NCBI GenBank assembly: GCA_963667725.2
Contig: CAXXHO010000003.1
Location: forward strand, 416,001-480,000
Direction of reading: 5' to 3'
DNA from: Treponemataceae bacterium
GTDB taxonomy: Bacteria > Spirochaetota > Spirochaetia > Treponematales > Rectinemataceae
DNA: 64,000 nt
Positions 19,357 through 27,248 of the stretch are shown here, one piece after another; the stretch's first letter is position 1; every line of letters starts with the position of its first letter. Position numbers and translations under genes: made by a program. The notes below the pieces were generated by a model. It was not told the origin of the DNA. It did no database searches and worked only from the letters and a program-made list of their open reading frames with translations.

Positions 19357-22300
19357 TCTCAATTATCGTTATCAGATCCGCGACCCTGAAGCAGCTCCTT
19401 TCCTCAGCCTGGTGCGCGATGTCGCACACCTCGAAGGCCTGAATATCCGCGGCTTCGGCTAGTATCGCCATAATCTCCGATGCGCTTGGTTTTGCCCTGG
19501 GGTCAATGCGGGCAAGGGCGTTTTCGAGAAGAGCGAAGCATGGCCAGAGTTCAAGCAGGGCATCGAACTTTTCCTTGTTGTAATAATCCTTTCCCTCCCA
19601 AGCATTTATGCCCAAGGCCTCCCTGGCTTCATGATCGCGGCTGGCCCAACGCATGAGTTCTGAAGCTCTCGCTCGCGGTGACGTAAGGAATGGCGAATGC
19701 TTTTCCACTGGCAGCTTGGATGATCGGGACGAAGTGTCCCTAGACCTCGTAGCGAAAGCGAACATCAGCGAACACAGCGCCTTCCCGTCGATCCGGTCGA
19801 GAGCGATCTTAGGGGCGTTCGCAGTCTCGTCGCCCTTTTCCGTCAAGGCTTTTTTCGCTGAGGATTCGGTATCGGCCAGCATCGCCGCCTGGATTAGCTT
19901 TTTCTTGACGAGGAATTTTTCGAGGATATAGCGCAATTCCTCGGTTTCGTTCGCGCCCGCGTTCACGCAAGACAGGCCCGCTATGAAAATATAATGAAGG
20001 AAAGCGCCCAGCGCGCGTTCCGATTCGAGAAGGGCCCTGAAATAGGATAAAGCGGAGAGGCGTCGGCTATCCTTTATCGTGTTCACGAAAGCCGTATGGA
20101 GCATCGTATTGAGGATGGCGATGCCCGTTTCGATCACGGCTCTGCCGCGCGAAACCGCCGTGATGCCCGGTCCGGGGCCCCCGTCTTCGGCTATAGCCTG
20201 GGCGATGCGGGAGAAATAGGCTCCCGCATCGATGCCGGCCCCGTCCGCGGCTTCTGCGATATTCCCGCCCAGGATAAGGGCCATTTTACAGTCGTCAATG
20301 GATGCTATGGCCTTTGCCAGGGTATGGTAGAGTTCGGGTTGCGCCGCTTCCTCGAGCGCATCGTCGAGATCGGCGATACCTTTTCCCTTAAGGGAGATCC
20401 AGAGTCGTTCGTAGCGGCCATCCATGTCGTGGACACGGTTGAACTCGCTGAATATTAGCGTTTGGTAGCCTTCAAGATCGACATGCCATCCTTGAGTCTC
20501 CAGATCGGAACAGCGGTATATATGCCACAAGCTTGATCGTATCTCGAACGCGGCGACGAAGTTGTCTGGTCCTGTATCCAGCGCGAGAGCGCGTACGATG
20601 GATTTGGTTCTCAGGTGTTTTTTCCCGTCCTGCTGTTTTTCAGCATATCCGCAGCTCGTCGATATTTTTCCGGAACTGCGTTTCCAGCAGTTGTTGTAGA
20701 AAATGAGCGCCCTGTCCTCTTCTCCGCGGCCGTTTGAGTAGGCGAAGACATTATCGTCGATGCTGCCATCATCGGTCATAAAGTCGAAGAGGCAGAAATT
20801 GTCCACTTCAGCGAATAGCTTCCTCATCCTGAAAAGCGGGAATATATCCTTTTCATGACGTGCCATAAGCGCATTGTCGGGTTTTTCATCCCGATAGGAA
20901 CGCTTGTATTCCATTCCGTATTTTTCTGTGAATCCCTCGATCTGACCATGGCCGATCATGGGCATTCCCGGCATGGTGGCGAGCATCGTGCAAACGCCGA
21001 AATATTTGTCGCCGGCGCCGAATTGGGCGATGGCCGTTTCCTCGTCGGGATTGCTCATGAAATTGACGAAGCGTTTCAGGATCTGTTTGTCGAATTCCTG
21101 GGTGTTCTTGATCGTTAGGCGATACAGGGTATTCTTCTCGTCTTTGAGCATGTTCATGAATGCTGAGTTGTAGACTCTGTGCATGCCGAGCGTCCGGGTG
21201 AAATAGCCTTCCATCATCCAGAACGCTTCGGCGAGGAGAAGCGTGTCGGGGGATTTTTCCGCGCATTCATCGACAACCTCCCGCCAGAATTCCTGCGGCA
21301 TCGCGCTGTCGAAAATCTCCTCCGGCATCGAATGTTCCGCGCGTGAGGGGATGGCTCCGCCTGAGCCTGGAGCGGGATACCATAATCGCCTGATGTGCTG
21401 TTTCGCGAGAACCATGGCCGCGTCGAAGCGTATGATGCTGAAATGCCGCGCCACCTGAAGTATCTTTTCCTTCACGGCGACGCGCGCTTCGGGATTGAGA
21501 AAATCGATCTGCGCGGTGTCGTTCCACGCCATTCCGGTTCCGTCGTTGCCGTGGTAGATGTAGCGCGCCTTGCCGCTCCGCCTGTCAAGGCGCTTGAAGA
21601 CGACGGCGGCATCCGATTTCGTGTAGTAATGATCTTCGAGCCAGAGGCCGATGGCTGGGTCTTCGGACAAATCCGGCCCGTGGAAGGTGTAGCTGGGAAA
21701 GGGACAATAATCCGAGCCGATGAAGAGATCGGGTCTTTCCCTTATCCATGCCGAGTCCATGCCCGTATGATTGGGAACCATGTCGGCGGCGAGTCTGATG
21801 CCTCTCCATAGACAACGTCCCCTGAATGAGTCCAGGGCTTCCCATCCCCCCAGTTCCGGGGCTATCTCGTAATCGAAAAGCGAATAGGCCGAAGCCGCGG
21901 CTTCGGGGTTTCCGCAATAGCGCTTGATTTTTTCGCTGGCGGGACTTCTCTGCCAGATGCCGATGAGCCAGAGCCCGCTTATGCCCCTCGAGGCGATGGC
22001 GTCCAGTTCCTGGTCGGGTATTTCATCCAGCCGCCTGATCGGTCTTCCGAAGGTTTCCGAAAGCTGATGAAGCCAGACGAGGGCGTTCTTGGCCAGAAGG
22101 ACAAGCGAGGGCATCCAATCCTTGTCTTGGGTGAATTTTTCATACTCGTGCCTGGACGATTTATAGCTGTAGGCTTCAACAGGTCCTGGACCGGGCGGGA
22201 AACGGGGCGTTTCCTCTTCTTTAATGAGATCGAGGCTCCTGAGTATCTTCATGCCGATCTCGTCGAAACTGGCTCCCCAATTGTCCTTTATCCACCCAAG

Positions 22301-23092
22301 CTGGGCTTCGAGCGATTCCGGCGCCGCTTTCGCCGGCATGCGAAGCAGCCCCATCAAATCGACCTTATGGCCGACGGGTCCGAAGCTGGGAAGCTCCTTG
22401 CTGGCGCGTTCGATCGCCTCGAAGACTTCCCTGTATTTTGTCTTGCCGGCAACGCTTTCGCTCATCGTTCCTGTTGCGCGGGTGCCGTCATCGAAGAGGA
22501 ATCGAAAGGGAAGGAAGGCCGGATTTTCATTGGCGATCTTGAGAAGGATGAGTTCTTCCAGGGCGAGTTCCTTGTTGGGCACGGCGTTTTCTTTCGTCCC
22601 TGAGACAGAGCTACCCTCTAGCCAGTCCTCGACGCTCGCGGTTCCCCTGTAGACTTCGAGAGGCGGAAATTGCGCGCTGAATTCGCGAAGCAGGAATCCG
22701 CATTCAACGGCGCCGATTTCCTCATTCACCGCGCCGAGAAAGCGCTCGATGACATCGGGAGCTACCGTTTTCCTGTATATTCCGATCACTATATGGAGGA
22801 TTTCGTCGATAAGCCCCATGGCGTTGAGTCGGCCCGCGCTGAGCTTCGTGCTGTCCTGCCCCGCGATCACCTTAAGTTCACGCAGCTTTTCCGCGAGGCT
22901 CCTCGCCGCTGGAAAATCAGGGAGAATCAGGTTTCCCGTGGTTCGGAAAAGGGCGGAGTTGATCCCCAAAGTCGAACGGATCGAAGCATGAATATGGAAT
23001 TCCATGATTCTGTCTCCGGCCGAACAGTCTTGCGAAATGCCTTCAAAAGCCGTCAACCTGCACGCAAGCGCATTTTTCTCATGGGTAATCAT
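19349..23092 (-). CDS. Large GH13 alpha-amylase-family glycoside hydrolase
   Basis: DMVPNH (region I), RFDAAM (nucleophile), LAEAFW (acid/base), SNPDE (region IV variant), PGMPMIGHGQ; alternative ATG 23005. Confidence 0.85.
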   Translation of the reverse strand: MITHEKNALACRLTAFEGISQDCSAGDRIMEFHIHASIRSTLGINSALFRTTGNLILPDFPAARSLAEKLRELKVIAGQDSTKLSAGRLNAMGLIDEILHIVIGIYRKTVAPDVIERFLGAVNEEIGAVECGFLLREFSAQFPPLEVYRGTASVEDWLEGSSVSGTKENAVPNKELALEELILLKIANENPAFLPFRFLFDDGTRATGTMSESVAGKTKYREVFEAIERASKELPSFGPVGHKVDLMGLLRMPAKAAPESLEAQLGWIKDNWGASFDEIGMKILRSLDLIKEEETPRFPPGPGPVEAYSYKSSRHEYEKFTQDKDWMPSLVLLAKNALVWLHQLSETFGRPIRRLDEIPDQELDAIASRGISGLWLIGIWQRSPASEKIKRYCGNPEAAASAYSLFDYEIAPELGGWEALDSFRGRCLWRGIRLAADMVPNHTGMDSAWIRERPDLFIGSDYCPFPSYTFHGPDLSEDPAIGLWLEDHYYTKSDAAVVFKRLDRRSGKARYIYHGNDGTGMAWNDTAQIDFLNPEARVAVKEKILQVARHFSIIRFDAAMVLAKQHIRRLWYPAPGSGGAIPSRAEHSMPEEIFDSAMPQEFWREVVDECAEKSPDTLLLAEAFWMMEGYFTRTLGMHRVYNSAFMNMLKDEKNTLYRLTIKNTQEFDKQILKRFVNFMSNPDEETAIAQFGAGDKYFGVCTMLATMPGMPMIGHGQIEGFTEKYGMEYKRSYRDEKPDNALMARHEKDIFPLFRMRKLFAEVDNFCLFDFMTDDGSIDDNVFAYSNGRGEEDRALIFYNNCWKRSSGKISTSCGYAEKQQDGKKHLRTKSIVRALALDTGPDNFVAAFEIRSSLWHIYRCSDLETQGWHVDLEGYQTLIFSEFNRVHDMDGRYERLWISLKGKGIADLDDALEEAAQPELYHTLAKAIASIDDCKMALILGGNIAEAADGAGIDAGAYFSRIAQAIAEDGGPGPGITAVSRGRAVIETGIAILNTMLHTAFVNTIKDSRRLSALSYFRALLESERALGAFLHYIFIAGLSCVNAGANETEELRYILEKFLVKKKLIQAAMLADTESSAKKALTEKGDETANAPKIALDRIDGKALCSLMFAFATRSRDTSSRSSKLPVEKHSPFLTSPRARASELMRWASRDHEAREALGINAWEGKDYYNKEKFDALLELWPCFALLENALARIDPRAKPSASEIMAILAEAADIQAFEVCDIAHQAEERSCFRVADLITIIEND

Positions 23093-23161
23093 AGGTCAAA
23101 TATAGCTCTGCCCCCGTCTCTGTACAAGCAGAAATAATTGCTACCCAAGGTTTGAAGGATC

Positions 23162-23179
23162 TGTTATACTTACATAACA
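23162..23179. promoter_or_regulatory. Palindromic putative TetR operator overlapping the -10 of the tetR gene
   Basis: TGTTAT-acttac-ATAACA overlaps TATACT, ending 15 nt before GTG 23195. Confidence 0.5.
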
Positions 23180-23194
23180 ACAGCGGAGGTAAAA

Positions 23195-23818
23195 GTGTCA
23201 GTTTCGGTAGAGCATGACAAACGCAAGGAAGAAATCCTCGATAAAGCCCTCGATGTTTTCGTCACGGAAGGCTATAAAGATACGACATTCCAGAAAATCG
23301 CCGAACGTTGCGGTATAACCAGGACGATTCTGTACCTTTATTTCAATAATAAAAAGGAAATATTCTCATCCTGCATTAAGCGCTTCATGGGCCGGCTGGA
23401 AAATGAGATCAGGAATATCGCCGGCGAATCCAAGAAGGCCAGTTCCGAAAAGATAATCGCGATCGGGGAGATGGTCGTTCAGCTCTGCGCGACGGAATCG
23501 AAGCTTCTCTCGATCGTGCTGGATTATCTTTTAAAGCTTAAATTGGCCGGAGGCGATCCCGATGAAAGAGTGAGGCGCCGCACCGTGCGGATGCGTCATA
23601 TACTGGCGATGATCATCATCGAGGGAAAGAAAAAGGGCGAATTCGCTTCCGCGGTGTCCGGAAGAGCGGCGAGCGAGCTTTTTTACGCGCTGATCGAGGC
23701 GGCCGTCTTTAGGATTACCGTGCTTGGCCAAAAAGACGCGTCCATACTTTCCGATTCGCTCAGGCTCCTGACGTCCAGCATGAAAATCCCGGGCGATGGC
23801 TCGGGAACTTCCGCTTAA
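23195..23818 (+). CDS. TetR/AcrR family transcriptional regulator
   Basis: ILDKALDVF...GY..TTFQKIAERCGITRTILYLYFNNKKEI HTH; GGAGG RBS. Confidence 0.9.
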   Translation: MSVSVEHDKRKEEILDKALDVFVTEGYKDTTFQKIAERCGITRTILYLYFNNKKEIFSSCIKRFMGRLENEIRNIAGESKKASSEKIIAIGEMVVQLCATESKLLSIVLDYLLKLKLAGGDPDERVRRRTVRMRHILAMIIIEGKKKGEFASAVSGRAASELFYALIEAAVFRITVLGQKDASILSDSLRLLTSSMKIPGDGSGTSA

Positions 23819-23857
23819 GGGCGGAATGGAGTCCTTGGCCGGATCGGCCGCTCAGGC

Positions 23858-24589
23858 TCATTGCGTTTCGCGGCTGGCTTTTTCGAGCAATCCCATTTTG
23901 ATGATGCCGAGCGTGGATGTCTTTGCGACAACCTTGGCCGTGAATAGGCTGTTTATGTTCTTCTCGTAATTGAGAATTCTGGAGATGTAATCCAGGGTCC
24001 TTACAGGCGCCCCGCTATTCGACACTCTCGTTCTTCCCGCATTGTACATCGCCAGTGCCGAGACTTCATTGCCGGACAGATCCAGAACATGCCTAAAATA
24101 TTTGATGCCCTCTTTTGCGTTGTGTGAAGGATCGTAGATTTCGGTTTCGGTAAGGTCGGGGAAGGTTGAGGAGTTGAGCTGGAACAATCCTCTGTCGACG
24201 CTCGTGGCGTTCTTGTGAAGCGCTTTGGGATTGAAGCGGCTTTCCTCGTAGGCAATCGCGAAAGCCAGGCTGGCTGGGACTTCGTGCTTAACCGCATTGT
24301 CGAGAATCGCGACGGCGATTGTCTTGGAATTGGTGAGCGAGGAGAAAAAATCCACGACGCTGTTCTTGGTGCCCGTATTCATGTAATACGCCGCGATCGT
24401 GTCATTGTCGTTCTTTTCTTCGATACTAGCGGGCAGGGTTTTTGAATGTGCGACGAGAGAAAGAATCTCGCTGTCAAGCTCCAAATTCACTTCCGGAGAG
24501 GGTGCGCAGGCGATACTGATTAGCCCCGCGACGATGGCTAAGAACACCGCTCCCTTGGCTCGCAATGGTCTGTAGGAAAGCATTTTCAA
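23858..24589 (-). CDS. Lytic transglycosylase (SLT domain), probable lipoprotein
   Basis: AIAYEESRFNP, GLFQL, ALAMYNAG, YISRI; hydrophobic N-terminus ending in SIAC; start uncertain (TTG 24589 or ATG 24583). Confidence 0.85.
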   Translation of the reverse strand: MKMLSYRPLRAKGAVFLAIVAGLISIACAPSPEVNLELDSEILSLVAHSKTLPASIEEKNDNDTIAAYYMNTGTKNSVVDFFSSLTNSKTIAVAILDNAVKHEVPASLAFAIAYEESRFNPKALHKNATSVDRGLFQLNSSTFPDLTETEIYDPSHNAKEGIKYFRHVLDLSGNEVSALAMYNAGRTRVSNSGAPVRTLDYISRILNYEKNINSLFTAKVVAKTSTLGIIKMGLLEKASRETQ

Positions 24590-24821
24590 CGATAACTCCT
24601 TGCATGGAAAGGCCGTAAAACCTTTCTTCCGCCTCGTCCGTCTATTGTAAGGATTGAGGCACAATGGTCAAGTGGTCGCCAAAGTCATGGTTTTAAGCCG
24701 CCGCGGGACGCGAATTTTCATCGAATTCCCCTAAAGTTTTTTCTTTGCGCGCTTGCTTCCAGAATAGTATCGCGATTTTCCATACTTAACAAAAACGGTA
24801 TTTGCCTCCATAATCGGCACT

Positions 24822-25325
24822 ATGAAAAACGCAGCGATTCGCGTCATCGTTACTGGCGGCACCTTCGACAAGCACTACGACGAGATCAAGGGCGAGCTCA
24901 CTTTCCGGGAGAGCAGCCTTCCGGAAATCCTCACGAGGGCGCGGGTGAAGGTTCCCGTCACCGTCGAGATGAACCAGCTCATAGACAGCCTCCAGATGCA
25001 GGACGTCAACAGGATGTCCGTGCTTCTTTCCTGCCGGAATTCCGAGGAAAGCCGGATCATCATCACCCATGGAACCGATACCATGACGACGACGGCATCT
25101 CTCCTCGGCGGGGAGAAGCTCCACAAGACCATTATCCTCACCGGGGCTATGATTCCCTACAAGGTTTTAGATTCGGACGCGCTTTTCAATTTCGGTACTG
25201 CTTTTTCCGCGGTCCAGCTCCTGCCCGAGGGGGTTTATATCGCCATGAACGGCAGGGTTTTCTCCTGGGACAATGTCAGGAAAAACAAGGTTTTGGGCGT
25301 GTTTGAGGAGATGGACGGCTTATGA
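24822..25325 (+). CDS. Short-chain asparaginase (N-terminal domain only)
   Basis: TGGTFDK, IDSL, THGTDTM, LTGAMIP, SDALFN; 167 aa. Confidence 0.85.
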   Translation: MKNAAIRVIVTGGTFDKHYDEIKGELTFRESSLPEILTRARVKVPVTVEMNQLIDSLQMQDVNRMSVLLSCRNSEESRIIITHGTDTMTTTASLLGGEKLHKTIILTGAMIPYKVLDSDALFNFGTAFSAVQLLPEGVYIAMNGRVFSWDNVRKNKVLGVFEEMDGL

Positions 25326-25366
25326 TGCCGCTGGGGCGGTGTGATAGGGCGCTGAGGCGGGCCGCC

Positions 25367-25429
25367 GCGGCACATCGACGGCGTGGGGCGGCACATGGGT
25401 GGCGTGGGGCGGCACATGGGTGGCGGGCA
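25367..25429. repeat. 21-bp tandem repeat, about 3 copies
   Basis: GCGGCACATCGACGGCGTGGG / GCGGCACATGGGTGGCGTGGG / GCGGCACATGGGTGGCGGGCA. Confidence 0.9.
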
Positions 25430-25434
25430 GCCTG

Positions 25435-26133
25435 ATGGCCAGGCGAAAGGACGCCGATAAGCGGCAGCTCATCCTTGGCGAAGCCAAGCGCATGTTCGCG
25501 GGCGGAGGCTACGACGCGACTTCCATGGCGGCGCTCGCCGAACATATAGGCATTTCCGTCGGGAGCCTCTATACGTACTTCGAATCCAAGGAAAGCCTGC
25601 TCAATTCCATCATAGAAGAAGGCTGGAGCGAGTTTTTTCTTTACCTCCAGAGGGGATTATCCGAGGGCGGATTATCCGGAAGTGGCTCATCCGGAAGCGG
25701 TGCCCTGTTCCGTTTGGCTTTCCTGGTGCGGAAGGCATTGCCCGAGTTGTTCAAGGACCTCGACTTGATAGCCATCCTGCTCGCGCAGGCCGATCAGTCT
25801 TCCCGCCTCGGCGATAAACTGGAACAGCTTGCCTTCCTCGTCGACTCGATCATCAAGGATTTCAGGAAGGCCGAGGGGGAAAACGCGGGACCCGGAATTC
25901 CCAATCTCAAGACAGGCCTGGCGGTCATGCTCCTCGGGAGCCTCGAGACGATGCGTCTGATTCACAGGGCCGGGATCGATATCGGGATGGAGGAGGTCAC
26001 CGCCTTTCTTGTCCTGACGATCGAAGGCGCCTTGGGCTGTTCACTGCCCGCTATTTGCGAGCCTGGAGACTCGCTTTCCATAACTGCCGCCCGGAGCGGT
26101 TCGCCTGCCTGCGCTGACGCGGCGGGAGGCTGA
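25435..26133 (+). CDS. TetR/AcrR family transcriptional regulator
   Basis: MARRKD..KRQLIL..A..MF...GYDATSMAALAEHIGISVGSLYTYFESKESL. Confidence 0.88.
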   Translation: MARRKDADKRQLILGEAKRMFAGGGYDATSMAALAEHIGISVGSLYTYFESKESLLNSIIEEGWSEFFLYLQRGLSEGGLSGSGSSGSGALFRLAFLVRKALPELFKDLDLIAILLAQADQSSRLGDKLEQLAFLVDSIIKDFRKAEGENAGPGIPNLKTGLAVMLLGSLETMRLIHRAGIDIGMEEVTAFLVLTIEGALGCSLPAICEPGDSLSITAARSGSPACADAAGG

Positions 26134-27103
26134 AGGGGCTCTTGCGGGCCAGCCAGAGCTTCACGATCGGACCGACGATGAATACGAGACGGCTCAGGAA
26201 GCGGGTTTCCCATCGCACTTCCTCATAATAGTCCTCGAGGGTTTTTCGCCTGAAATGCAGCAGCGAATCGGCATAATCGGAGTCCTCGTACCAGCCGCAA
26301 TGGAAATTGGCGGCCGCGAAGGCGTTTTCGGGCAGAAAGGTCGAATCGCCAAGGCCGAAGTATCTGAACACCCGATCGAGGAAGGCCCGGAAGAAGGTAC
26401 GGCAGAGAGAGCCGCCGCCGATGTCGAGGGTTTGACCGCCGATGGAGGGGAGGGAGGCGGCGGCGGCGAAGGCGCGGCCCGCGTCTTCGGTATGGATGAT
26501 TTCGAGCCGCGTCTCGGGAGGCATCGAGAAGAGAAGGGGATCGAAGGGCAGCCATTTCGCCCAGACGACGTAGGAGAGGCGCAGCACGGCGAAGTCGAGG
26601 CCGGACGCCTGCAGGAGTCTCTCGCACTCAGCTTTCGTTTCGCTGTAGAGGTCAGAGGGATGGATTTCATCCGATGTCTTTATCCAGAAATCCTTGAGGC
26701 GGTCGCCGTAAATGGCTATGCTCGAGGCGAAGACCAGGCGGGGATGGTTCTGGGCCGACCGGCATGCCTCGATGATGTTGGCCGTGCCGCCGATATTGAC
26801 GGCTTTTGTCTTTTCGGGATCCTTTTCCGCCGCAGGCGGAATGAGGGCAGCGAGATGTATCACCGCGTCGGGGCCGTCCGGGAAGGCGGAAAAAGCTCTG
26901 CCCACGTCAGCCTGCGACCTAATGTCGCCAAAGACGAATTTACAGGAAGCCCACTGCGTATTGAGCAGTCTTTTAAGCCCGACTCCCGCCTTTTTAAGCG
27001 CCGAGGGGCTCTCGAAAATCGCGATGGAATGGCCCGCGGCAAGGCAAGCCATCACGACGCTGCACCCCACATTCCCGAATCCGCCCGTCACCAGGATGTT
27101 CAT
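26051..27103 (-). CDS. NAD-dependent epimerase/dehydratase (extended SDR)
   Basis: TGGFGNVG, HLAA, NIGGT, ASSIAIYG, YSETK (YxxxK). Confidence 0.88.
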   Translation of the reverse strand: MNILVTGGFGNVGCSVVMACLAAGHSIAIFESPSALKKAGVGLKRLLNTQWASCKFVFGDIRSQADVGRAFSAFPDGPDAVIHLAALIPPAAEKDPEKTKAVNIGGTANIIEACRSAQNHPRLVFASSIAIYGDRLKDFWIKTSDEIHPSDLYSETKAECERLLQASGLDFAVLRLSYVVWAKWLPFDPLLFSMPPETRLEIIHTEDAGRAFAAAASLPSIGGQTLDIGGGSLCRTFFRAFLDRVFRYFGLGDSTFLPENAFAAANFHCGWYEDSDYADSLLHFRRKTLEDYYEEVRWETRFLSRLVFIVGPIVKLWLARKSPFSLPPRQRRQANRSGRQLWKASLQARK

Positions 27104-27141
27104 TCATCGCCTCCGGATAGAAAGCTCCTGATATGAAGTAT

Positions 27142-27171
27142 ACTATAAATGAACGATCATTCAATATACAA
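27142..27171 (-). promoter_or_regulatory. Promoter of the SDR gene with a palindromic operator in the spacer
   Basis: TTGTAT-18-TATAGT on the minus strand; TGAACGATCATTCA (27150-27163) is 12/14 palindromic. Confidence 0.5.
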
Positions 27172-27248
27172 GGTTACAGAGTTTCCCGTTATTGGGCGAA
27201 CAGGTCTCTTATTGACGATAATCGTTGTCCTGTCGTACACTTCGCGCC

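Noticed and set aside
25367..25429. CRISPR array
   Set aside because: The units are directly adjacent with no unique spacers, and no cas genes are present.
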